The notes under the pieces: generated by a model | What the model was told of the DNA's origin: nothing | Databases searched by the model: none | Seen by the model: only the letters and a program-made list of their open reading frames with translations | Shown: piece by piece, positions 38,740-49,719 of the stretch | How the letters are laid out: each line of letters begins with the position of its first letter | How positions within the stretch are numbered: position 1 is the stretch's first letter | Made by a program: the position numbers and the translations under genes | Assembly: GCF_964188315.1 (NCBI RefSeq) | Contig: NC_135656.1 | Location: 90,706,001 to 90,770,000 of the forward strand | Length of the DNA: 64,000 bases | DNA from: Podarcis muralis | Lineage: Eukaryota | Direction of reading: 5' to 3'

Positions 38740-39920
38740 TGCGGGGCCCCTGAACACGAGCAGAGCGCGCACCCCACCCAGACCCCCCCCCAAAGACCGT
38801 AGGACGGGCGTCGGGGAGGGCAGAGGAGGGCGGGGTGCCGAGCTCCGGAAAGAGTCCCCCTGGCGAAGGCTACTCACGGGTCGGCTCGATCGGGCCCCCT
38901 CCCGCTGCACTCGATGGGGTTCAGCTCGTCCTGGGGGAAAGCGTGCGCCATGTAGTTGTCGTAGCCGAAGGCGAACATGCCGCGGGCGGCGTCGCGGAGC
39001 TGGGCGCGGAGCTGCGGAGGGAAGGCGCGGCTGTAGCGCTGCTCGTACTCGTCGCCGCCGCCGCCGCCGCCAACACCGACGACCCTCCTGGGGGGCGACG
39101 AGGAGGAGGCGCCGCTACCGGCTCCCCAGGCCTTGCCCAAGAAGGAGGCCCAGTGCGGGGCGACCAAGCCGGCGTCGAAGCAGCGCGCGTCCGAGAGCGG
39201 GGAGGCTCCGGCTCCGCCACTGCCGCCTCCTCCCTCCGCCGGGCTGCAGGAGAGGCCCCGCAGGCGCTGGTGGTAGAAGCCCAGGCTGGGCCCCGCCAGC
39301 CACAAGAGCGCGTGCCCGGCCAGCTTCAGCGCCACCAGCGCCAGGACCAGCGACCGCCATTGCATGGTCGGAGCCGTCAGCAGCGGCGGCGGCGGCGGTA
39401 GCACCACGGCGGCCACCGCGCGCCCCTTTCACGCGCATACTTCAAGCGGAAGCTCCGCGCCTGTCGGAGGAGGGGACCGCGGAGGAGGGAAGCGCCCGGC
39501 CTCCCCGCCCCTCAGACTCCTCCTCCTCCTCCTTCCCACGTATCCTTGGCCGAAACAATAACACGTCTCCTTTAAGGGCCGACGGGTGTGAAGAGGCGCG
39601 AGAGGGGGGTGTTGCCGAGATGGGGAGGAGGAGGAGGATTGTGACAGGGCCGTGTCGGAGTCACCGTTGCCGCCGTCATCACGCGGAGACGGCGGCGCGG
39701 CGTTTCACGCCCGTCCCCGCCCACATGAGGTTTCTTTCCGAGAAGCGGTCGAAGGAAAATGACGACAGCAACAACGCCAGCCTTGGAACTGACGTGGCGA
39801 GCCACGATTTCACCCAGCCGAAGCGGTTAGCCAATCAGAGGGCCGGGAGTGTTGCCCTTGGGTGAACTCGGCGCGGCCTTCCTGGTGACGAGCGTGAAGG
39901 GAAGCGCTGCCGCCGCTAGA
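38740..39920. promoter_or_regulatory. EDEM1 CpG island and promoter with UPRE (TGACGTGG, 39790-39797) and CCAAT (39831-39835)
   Basis: Very high CpG density; motifs read directly. EDEM1 is an established XBP1 target. Confidence 0.75.
38878..39365 (-). CDS. EDEM1: EDEM1 exon 1 coding part (ER degradation-enhancing alpha-mannosidase-like 1, GH47)
   Basis: [17 protein letters not shown]...[59 protein letters not shown]; Kozak CCGACCATG; donor GTGAGT; the 12 exons total 1935 nt. Confidence 0.97.
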
Positions 39921-40729
39921 GGGAGTGCTTGCGTTTTACCTTAGTTTGTACAGCTGCTGTAAACAAGTTTGTACAGCTGTTGAAACGTGTTGTTTTTCCC
40001 CACCTCCCCCTTTTGAATTGTGTTTGGTAAAGAGCCGAATACCTTTTATTCCTCCCACCTGTTTGATTGCTTCACGCATTGGGGTTTGAATCACGCCCCT
40101 AACCCCAGTTATGATGCTGGGATAACAAGTTGTTTTATTAATTTGACAGCTGGTGGAAGTGATTTCATAGAACCACAGAATTACAGAGTTGGAAGACAGC
40201 TCCAAGGGTCATATAGTCCAGCCCCCTGCAATGTGGGATTCCCAACTATATCATATTCGACCGATTTACAGACTGCCTTCCAATTTGGGGGTGTGGCACG
40301 TGCTTCTCTGGTCCCTTTTCCAGAGAAGATGTGACACAGCTTTTTGCTGGTTTGGAAGGAGGGGCAGGTCGCACCATTTAAAAACCTCTATAAAACTTGG
40401 TTTTTTTATTTAAAAATTGTTAAAAAAATATGTAGACTCTACTGTACAACTTCAATCGCTTTTTTAAAGATAAGACAAATAAGTGGTTGGGGGCAAAATT
40501 AGCACGTGGAGGGTTTTTTAATCAACTTTCAAAATTGTGTTGAAACGCTTTCGTAAGAGTGGTACTACCGCAAAAAAAATTAAAATGGAAACGAAAGGAT
40601 TTCTTAGCACCAAGTACAAGATAGATTTTAAAAATTAAGACGCTAATAAAATGGCAAAGGCTGCCAAGTATAGATGCTTGTTGATAGTCTCGCGTTGACC
40701 AGTAGGTCACTGCACACATTGAAACCATA

Positions 40730-40951
40730 AAGGGTAAAGGGACACCTGACCATTAGGTCCAGTCGTGACCGACTCTGGGGTTGCGGCGCTCATCTCGCTT
40801 TATTGGCCGAGGGAGCTAATATGGCCAGCATGACTAAGCTGCTTCTGGCGAACCAGGGCAGCGCATGGAAACGCAGTTTACCTTCCCGCTGGAGCGGTAC
40901 CTATTTATCTACTTGCACTGGCGTGCTTTCGAACTGCTAGGTTGGCAGGAG
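40730..40951 (-). mobile_element. 5'-truncated Sauria SINE with 13-bp TSD
   Basis: TSD CATTGAAACCATA at 40717-40729 and 40952-40964. Confidence 0.9.
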
Positions 40952-41380
40952 CATTGAAACCATACCTCTTTAAAAAGACAGGAAAGTATTGCTAAGGCTA
41001 CCTACACCTGTGGAATGTGAGCTTTTATCTTCACCCTACACCCCTGGGGGCGGGAGCAGTGATTGAAGCAGGTTACTGTTTATGTCATTTAAATGCTTGT
41101 AAAGAGAGGGAACCAAGTGTGGCAATTCCAGAGTAAACCCTGCAATTTTGCATCCGCATGGAGGAAATAATGTGACAGAATCTAGCGTAAACAGCTGAAC
41201 ACATGCAACCATCTGTGTAGAGCAGCAAAAAAGAGGCTCCGTAAGGTAATATGTGCAAAGTGGGGGGTTGATGCTGTGAGGATGCAAGAAAGGTAATTTG
41301 CTTAAACTTTTCAAAAAGGATTTTTAAGTTCAGTATTTTATTTTGCTTTTGGGAGACCTCCTTTTGTGAGATACCCACTA

Positions 41381-41593
41381 CAGTGGTACCTCGGGTTAAG
41401 TACTTAATTCGTTCCAGAGGTCCATTCTTAACCTGAAACTGTACTTAACCTGAAGCAGCACTTTAGCTAATGGGGCCTCCTGCTGCCACGCCGCCGGAGC
41501 ACGTTTTCTGTTCTCAGCACAATTTCTGGGTTAGCGGAGTTTGTAACCTGAAGCGTATGTAACCTGAAGCATATGTAACCCGAGGTACCACTG
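41381..41593. mobile_element. Tc1/mariner (Tigger-like) MITE
   Basis: TA-CAGTGGTACCTCGGG ... CCCGAGGTACCACTG-TA. Confidence 0.9.
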
Positions 41594-43435
41594 TACTCCA
41601 TTTGTGTGTAGCAGTAACTCACCACAGCAATACCATTTCACTTTGTAGTTAGGTGACACATTTCATGCATCAGACAAAGCAGAATCTGGCCATGAAAGCT
41701 TACAACACATCACATTTTTAAAAGTCTTTTAAGGTACCAAACCATTTTTTTAACCACACAGATAAGATTTCAAACTGCTTCTACATGGACAAAAGCACCC
41801 TTCTCTGTAGATATATCAGAGACAAAATTTGACTATGGCTGTGATCCTAACCATGTCTACTCAGAAGCACGTACCATGGTAAGTGGGGTTAGATTACAGT
41901 CGTAGTGGGTAATATTGCAAATGATCAGTAAACATACCCTTCGTTCTAAAACAAATTTCTGAAGTATAAGACTTAGGTCTAAGCCCTACCTGTATGATCA
42001 CTTTTCAACTTTAGTGTTCACCCATAGCAAGCCAAAGCTACAGGAAATGCACAAATAATATAAGGTTTTACACAGCCCGTTTGCCATTTAGCTCTACCCT
42101 ATCCTTCCCTGAGTTGCTTTCTAAAGGTTAATGCTGTTACCTACACTGTGGGGGTAATGAGTCATTGAGCAGCAGGGACCAGCCTCGCAAGGAATCTCTG
42201 TCTCTCTCACTTTGTTTGAACACATAAGTGCTGGTTTGTATTGAAAATGAAGCATACTATGGTGGAACATAAATCACACTGATGGATCAAACCATTTTCT
42301 TGCAACATAGGGCTTGTCTACATTTGAGCGTTATTTCACTATTAATTAGACCAGACTAGTTCACACCAACATATTTGATTTTGTATATGAGAGCAACCTC
42401 AGACCACCATGCCAGTAGGCTTCTCTTTTGTCTGTCCCAGCCTTCAACCTTGTTGATTCTGTTATGCCAGATGCTGTATGCAGAACTTATTTTTTAAAAA
42501 TAAAAATCTCTGCCCCCAAAATGTGCAAAACCAGAGCCAGGGAGTTGTAAATTTGCTTGTTTAGTGTTCTGGTATTGTGCAAATCTGAGGGATCTAAACA
42601 ATTTATATCTAAATATATTAAAGCTCTTAAATTCGCAGCACACTTAAAAGAAAATTTTAGTGTAGATTGCTTGTGCAGTTTTTATTTTTATTTTGTGCAA
42701 ATCTCAAGGATCGGGGGGGGGGGCAATTATTCCATTCAGGAGCACACCAGATGTAGTTACAAGCACAGCTAAAGAAGAAACTGAAGCATTCAAGAAGTAG
42801 CAAACATGGAAAGGGGAGTAGCAGAGTAACAATTGACCCACCAACTAGAAACACTAAAACAAATTTGGAACTCCAAGGGGAAGTGGTTTTAAGGATTAAG
42901 TGGGTTACTTTAATTACTTTATTAGTAAAACACAGGCCCTCCCCACATTCAGTCCTCAACATATATTTGAGGGAATGTGACCCTCAAGAGGAAAGAGGTT
43001 GCCTACCTCTAATTTTTATGTGAAATGGGAACCATGTTGCAGATTGGTATTAGAGTTTGTTCCTACCTCTAAAAATATAAATATTAGGCAGGCACCCTCA
43101 CTATATACTGTTTTAGATGCCTATTTAAAAAATCATTTCAAGATTTTTCAATATTCATTTCTCACAGTGACCCAAAGTAACCAATTAAGAACTTCAAATA
43201 AAAATCTAAAAATATATAGCAATCCAGATAAAAGACAGGACTCCTGAACCACTAAGAGAGGCCACAGTGCCACCCTTCAAATTTAAGGCCCAAAGTTCAT
43301 GTAAAAAGGAGTGTCACTACATGGTGGCTGAAAAATTCATAAAGAGGGTGTCAGGCATGCCTCCCCGATGAAAGCATTCCACAGGCCACCATCAAAAGGG
43401 CCTCCTGTTGAGATGGCACATGAAGAAGGGCCTCA

Positions 43436-43900
43436 GATTCATAGAATTGTCAAGTTGGAAGGGACCCTGAGGATCATCTAGTCCAACCCCCTTAAAGTGG
43501 CAGAGCAAGCCAATCGGGGCGGCACAGGTGCCGTGTGCCCAGGAGCAGGGCCAGCCAGGGAACGATGCTCTGAGGAGTCTGCCTGCCTCCTCCCACTCAG
43601 CCGCCCTACAGCGGAGGGGGAGGCAGGGGGTGGACCATTTGGGGCAGCACGAAGCCTGCAGGCACCCAAGCCACCGCGTCACTCCCAGGGCACACGTGTA
43701 GTTTGGGCATGCTGCACGCCCCGCGGTGAGTGCAGCCCGCTATTTTGTCACACACACCCCTCAGTGATGACACCTGGGGCAGTCCGCCCCCACCACACTC
43801 CCCTTCTTCTTCGTCTGCCCCTGCCCCCTTACAATGCAGGAATATGCAGCTATCCCATATGGGGATCAAACCTGCAACCATAGTGTTATCAGCACCATGC
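43436..43900 (-). mobile_element. Squam2-like SINE interrupted by a DNA-transposon-like element (~43495-43829)
   Basis: The reversed SINE tail ends at ..GTCCAACCCCCT and resumes at CAATGCAGGAATATGCAGC; the insert is homologous to 7327-7690. Confidence 0.65.
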
Positions 43901-44390
43901 GGTTAGCTCAGTTATTACCATAAAGTTTAGTTAGAAAGATGATCACATGATCCAGATTGGTTCATAAGGTAAGACACAGCCCCTGGGGTCCTGTGTCACA
44001 CGAGCATTTAAAGGCAAAAACAACAACCAAAAAACCACCCAGCACTTTTGAGTCCAGAAGCTAATTGGTAGTCAGTGCAGTCATGCCAGAATTTGTGTAT
44101 TGACTGCCCTGCCCTGGTCAACAATCTGGTTGCTGAATTCTACACTAGCTGCAGCTTAGCTATGGATCCTTGTTTTTAATATTTTTAGACTTCAGCTATT
44201 ATAGTAGTAATTGTTTTATTTTAATTTCAGAAGAGGCTTTTTTTTTTTGATGAAGCAGTTTCTATTGTTTTTCTGAAGTAAGGAAGTTGGAAGGCTACAA
44301 TAGGAATCATTCTCTATGTGCTAGTTTTCTTTCGGTAATCCTTCTAAAGGACATTGCAGAAGGTATCTAAATAGGCGTGAAATCTTATGT

Positions 44391-45052
44391 CAGTGTTTCC
44401 CAACCGGTGTTCCGCGGCACACTAGTGTGCCGCGAGACGTTGCCTGGTGTGCCGTGGGAGGGAGGCGGGCGAGTCGGGCGGCGAGAGGCGGGGCGGCGGC
44501 GGCGAGGATCCGCGTCGAGCCGGGCGCGGCTCCGCGGTGGTGGTGCCGAGGTTTCTCTCTCCATTCTCCCCTCACACACACACACAGGAAACAACACAGG
44601 ATCAGCTGACAGGACCCGGCCAATGGGGCGGCGGCGGGGCAGCGCGCGCAAAAGGGAGGAGCGCGAGACAGCGGACGAGGAGGAGGCCGGCATGTCCGGG
44701 CAGCAGCAGCAACAAGAGCAGCAGCAACTCCCGGCGACGGCTCCTCAAGCCCCGGGCAACCCTACTCCCTCACCGGCCTCGGCCGCCCTCCTGCTCCACC
44801 CGCCGCCGCCTCCCCCGCCGCTGCCCCCTCCTCCGCCCGCTATCGCCGCCACCACCACAACAGCCGCCGCCGCCTCAGCTGGGCCCATGCCTGCCGGGAG
44901 TGGCGGCGGCAGCAGCAGCAGCAGCGCCCCGGCGCCCTTCCCTCCCGGCGTGATGCTGCGCGCTGACGTCACGGGGCTGTAATGGTGGTGTGCCTCAAGA
45001 TTTTTTTCATCAAACAAGTGTGCCTTTGCCCAAAAAAGGTTGGGAAACACTG
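44391..45052. mobile_element. Non-autonomous hAT element carrying GC-rich host-like cargo (Pack-type)
   Basis: Perfect 15-bp TIR CAGTGTTTCCCAACC / GGTTGGGAAACACTG; perfect 8-bp TSD TCTTATGT (44383-44390, 45053-45060); 22-bp subterminal palindrome 44413-44434; no transposase. Confidence 0.93.
44692..44949 (+). pseudogene. RANBP9: Captured N-terminal exon-1 fragment resembling RANBP9 (RanBPM), inside the hAT element
   Basis: MSGQQQQQEQQQL...AALLLHPPPPPPP...SSSSSAPAPFPPG matches the recalled order of RANBP9 motifs (MSGQ..polyQ-L, AALLLHPPPPPPP, SSAAAPFPHG). It stops before the DSALNEQEK/SPRY region. Identification is from memory and the region is low-complexity. Confidence 0.68.
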
Positions 45053-45751
45053 TCTTATGTTTACAAAAGGCTAAGCAGATTGGTGGGAGAAATTTCAGCA
45101 TCTTCTGCTGCCAAAATTCATATATCAACCATCATTGTTCCCCAAATGACTCAATTTTCTATTTTCTCACAATTTGAAGCCAGTTTTCACATTTATATGT
45201 AGCTTAAGGTAAAGGGTATATGCAGCTTAATTGGCCTTTAAAGAAACCAAAAACCATGGAGATTTAGGGATGTTGGGGAGGGGGAGATACAGACAGATAA
45301 AAATGTGTTTGTTTACAAGCACTAGACGCAATCATTCCAAAAGCAGTTTGTGGTTTCTTGAAATGCCAGTCAGGAAGACGGTTTTACTGCCTCTCCATCC
45401 ACCATCCCTAATTTAATTATCTTGTGAGAGCTGCAAAAAAAGGGGGGCGGGAGTCATAACGCATCACATGCCACTTTCCCCCTTTATTGGCCCTGTATCT
45501 TATTCTCCACCACACCCTCACTGCACAGAATCATTTTGACAACCATCAGTATAGTAGAGGCATGAGGAACCTATTATCCTCTGGATCTTGTTGGGTCATG
45601 GCTAGCATAGCCCATGCTCAGGGGTGGGGATTCTAGTCCAGACATTTGAAGGGACACAGACAGGTTCCCCATCCCTGATACAATGCTTAAAGACCTGTGC
45701 TTCTGCAAGTTGCTACAAGCCACCTTCATTGCTATTTCGAACACCCTAGTG

Positions 45752-45887
45752 CAGGCATAGGCCAACTCTGGCCCTCCAGATGTTTGGGACTACAATTCCC
45801 ATCATCCCTGACCACTGGTCCTGTTAGCTAGGGGTGATGGGAATTGTAGTCCCATAGGTCTGGAGGGCCGGAGCTTGCCTATGCCTG
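45752..45887. mobile_element. Palindromic hAT MITE
   Basis: TIR CAGGCATAGG / CCTATGCCTG; 8-bp TSD CCCTAGTG / CACTAGTG (7/8); arms largely self-complementary. Confidence 0.85.
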
Positions 45888-46761
45888 CACTAGTGGAAGC
45901 TGTACAAGGCAAATCTACAACTGTGCTCATCTTTCTGTGATACATCTTCAGGAGTTTGTGGTTTAGCACCAAATTTGAAATGACAACCGAGAAGTAAAAT
46001 TCCTCAAGTGTAAGGGGTTAACCTCTTTACCTTTCCTCACTACTTCAAAATAGTTCTCACATTGAGCTAGGAACTTTATCACTTTTTGCCCACTGTAATT
46101 TTACAACTTTCAACAAACGCTGAAGAGGCACCTTTTAACCCTGGCCTTTGTCACCAGAGGAGTTTTAGTAACCAACTTGCTTTAAGGGTTTTTAATTTTC
46201 AATTGTGCTAACCCGCCCTTGGACCTGCCACTGAAAGAGAAGTAGCAACTTTACTGCTAATAATCATACCACCAATAATCCAATTCTTGCAGAATTTTAG
46301 CAGGGATATTAACCTTTAACAGCTCATTGTCTCCCATCATTCAGTAATGTCATCTTTTCTGTTGTGCTTGCCTCCAATTTCATCCAAGATCCCAGAAAGT
46401 TTCATCTTTTCCCATGCCCTTGAGGAACACTTAGCTCCATAGCCCAGGCAGCAAAGGTATTTGTACCTTTCCCCCCATCCAAAAGTCTGGGAAGTTCAGG
46501 TATACCTGAATGAAACATCACCAGGAATAATTGTTCTTAGCCTAATTAGAAGCAAAGCATATACTGAAGATATTGTGGTGTGGGCATCTCTGCATTTTTC
46601 CTAGGCCAGCTGTGTTCTAATCTATATTAAGAAAGGGTTGTGGATCCCGTTTGCTGCCTGTTCCAAATAGCATGGCCAATGGGTCCAGGAATTATGGCAG
46701 TTTTCATCCAAGAAGCGCTGTAGGTCCACAGGTTCCTGAACACAGTTTTAAGGCATAGCTA

Positions 46762-47106
46762 AAGGTAAAGGGATCCTTGACCATTAGGTCCAGTCGCAGA
46801 CAACTCTGGGGTTGCGGTGCTCATCTCGCTTTATTGGCCAAGGGAGCCAGCATGCAGCTTCCGGGTCATGTGTCCAGCATGACTAAGCCACTTCTGGCGA
46901 ACCAGAGCAGCGCACGGAAACGCCGTTTACCTTCCCACCGGAGCAGTACCTATTTATCTACTTGCACTTTGATGTGCTTTCAAACTGTTGGCAGGAGCAA
47001 GGACCGAGCAACGGGAGCTCACCCTGTCGCGGGTATTCGAACCGCTGACCTTCTGATTGGCAAGCCCTAGGCTCTGTGGTTTAACCCACAGTGCCACCTG
47101 CGCCCC
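46762..47106 (-). mobile_element. Full-length Sauria SINE with 12-bp TSD
   Basis: TSD AAGGCATAGCTA at 46750-46761 and 47107-47118. Confidence 0.9.
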
Positions 47107-47429
47107 AAGGCATAGCTAGGTAAAGTACATTTTGTAAAAAGAAAAAGGGGGTGTATTAGGGAAATGGTACAGGAGTACAAATTTCTACATTTTGAACAGG
47201 AAAGACACCTGCATGAGGCTGGACTGGATATTTCACACACTAGGTTTTGAGGCTTCACTCGCTGTGGAGAGTGCAGTCGACCACAGTCTCAAGGACTTGG
47301 AATATATGCAAGTTTCAATAAGCACAGGAACAGTGAGAGTCTCTAATGTCCGAGTAAGAATATAGGCTTACTCCAGCTCTATTTCGGTCACATTGACACT
47401 TTTAAGGTCCAATTACATACATGCCAGCA

Positions 47430-49669
47430 TAACCCTGAAAACATAAGTTTATTGGTTAAAGCTAAACAGCAGTAAAACAAAATGCCATCCACCTAAATAA
47501 AAAAATTCACATATTTACAAAGTTTGGTAAATGTATAAATTCTTCACATGCCGAGATTAATGCACAGATTAAAAAGTTGATAGTGGTTTTTGATGTCGAA
47601 ATGCTGAAAGTTGTGAAGTATGCACAAAAAAAGAACCCACACTGAATTCAGCAACAGGCCAGTTTCTTTAACAGTAATTTGATTCTCAGAAGAAGAAGAA
47701 AAGTTGACACATTCTAGTTCAGCTTCCTTATTTTTAGGCACAAGCAGAGTTTCTCTAGTTAAGTGTAGCAGTCTGTAGTCAACTACAATAGCAAGTGATT
47801 GACCTCGTCTCTACAGCACCAACAATACAGGATTTATAGAAGCACATATGAAGTTAAAAATGCAAAAAAGCTCAATTTGCTAATGGAAGCAACAGTTGTG
47901 TCTGTGCAACAGTGCAGCAAGTTTGTATGGGAACAGTAAGGCCATGGCAGTATAAAGCAAAACTGGCTGTTGTGGGGCACATTTGTGTGTTAAGTCAACT
48001 TGGTCCAATTGCTGTTGCAAAGCTGCTGTAACTTTTTAATGAGTATTCATACATTCTGCCTGTGATGCACACATATTCGGCTATTGTGGCTAATGTATGA
48101 TCCCATGTTACTTTTCCCCCAGACCACCTGATAGCACTGTGGAGTCTTTTTGCAAACTCCATGTGATACTGTAAAGGCATGGCCTGTGGCCTTTTGGCAT
48201 AGAGCCTTTGAAAGTAAGTAACACAGGAATGCCAGTAGAAGACGAGAAGAGTTTTGCCATACATGCAGATTAGCAAAGGCATACTATACCATGGCTGATC
48301 GCAGTACTTGGGGGGTTCCAGTATGAAATATCTGTCCTTTGAGAAACCATTTTGTCCTTGAAAGACATATTATGAACGTGCCCTTAAATGTACCAAACCT
48401 GTGTTAACATGGACTCTGAAAAGCGCAACATCCAAGTACATGCAGGTGCTGCTTAAAAAAAACAAACGAAACAATGGGGGGCAACACAAGCAGGTGTATC
48501 ATATATTTGTATGCATACAGTGGGCTACATCGACATTGTATGAAGAAAACCAGCCTTAACAAGTCTGTCCCTTTAAATATTGACATTGCCAAGAAGGTAA
48601 AGCTACAAAAGTAGTGTTACAGTTTGATTCATACACCTCTATGCTGTGTAGAAGCTAACCAAGAAACAGGATCAGTTCATTGATTCTCTTGTGCTTCAAG
48701 ACACCATTCAACATTTCTTAGCCTGTGGACTTTTACACATGATTACACACCGAGAAAGCAGGCAAATCTAGAGTTGTCACAATAGCCTAGGCATTTCCTA
48801 GCACCAAGTGCAACTGTGCTCAATTATTCCATTAAGAGGACAAGCCAGATAACGACACGATTATTTTGTGCTGGGAGTCTGACACCATTAGGGTGCCATG
48901 CAGACTTTGCAAAGCATTTTGAGGAACAAGGTGTGATTGTTCAGTCTCGTCCGAGGTTCCCAGGTTCGTTTGACTTGCTTGTGTGTTCAAACACTTGAAA
49001 GCTTTATTTCAAAAGTACTCTATTCCCCTTAAGAATTTCAGCATATAAAGTCATTAGCAATGACCTGCACAGATACAAAAGTTGACAATTGGACATTTCA
49101 TTCATTAGAATGAAGGAAGTTTTGAGAAACCCAAGGTAATTTAGTGATTTAATATCTAGTGCCTGGCACTTTCCATTGCAAACCATTTTACAATACATAT
49201 CACACATGCATCTGAGAGAAAAAAGTTAGTATCCCATTTAAACAGTGTTTGAAAAGCTTTATAAGCACAATAAAGTGGTGCTAGAATCTTTGTGCTGCCC
49301 TGTGTCAGCATCTTCAACGAGCCACTAAATATAAGAATTAAATAAGTTTGTTGATAATCAAATATAAAAACCTGGCTCAGGAAGACCAGAGCAGAAACAC
49401 ACTGATTTAATGATAGCCTTTGAGAGGGGAGAAGCACCCACTGCCACTGCTTAGATGAACTAAGAAAAAACATTTGCACGACTCATGACAACTCTAGCCA
49501 ATTTTTATGACAGAAGTAGGAATATAAGTCTTCAGCAGTGCACATGGAGGCATGAACTGTGAAAAAAGGCAATTCCTTGGATACAGGAGGACTATCCTGA
49601 ATAACATTTCATCATGGAAGGAGCAGACAAATCAGACTATGGCCAACTGAGGGTGTTATCGGTGATATT
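47430..49669 (-). other. ARL8B: Probable ARL8B 3' UTR
   Basis: Repeat-poor region after the stop; candidate AATAAA at 47448-47453. The end point is inferred. Confidence 0.4.
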
Positions 49670-49719
49670 TCAGCTTCTTCTGGACTTTGAATGCTGAATA
49701 AGCCACTGAAGTGTGATAT
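49670..49719 (-). CDS. ARL8B: ARL8B exon 7 (last coding)
   Basis: DITLQWLIQHSKSRRS*; AG acceptor at 49720-49721. Confidence 0.96.

Noticed and set aside
39366-39416. 17-aa N-terminal extension of EDEM1 in the ORF track
   Set aside because: It starts at GTG. The ATG at 39365 has a good Kozak context and matches the known MQWR start.
38669-39865. 398-aa plus-strand ORF and other ORFs over the EDEM1 CpG island
   Set aside because: Antisense or alternative-frame by-products of GC-rich, stop-poor sequence; low-complexity R/P/A translation with no domain.
44377-44982. A bona fide 201-aa host gene
   Set aside because: It starts at a GTG outside the TIR, lies almost wholly inside a TSD-flanked transposon and lacks any downstream folded domain; better explained as captured cargo.
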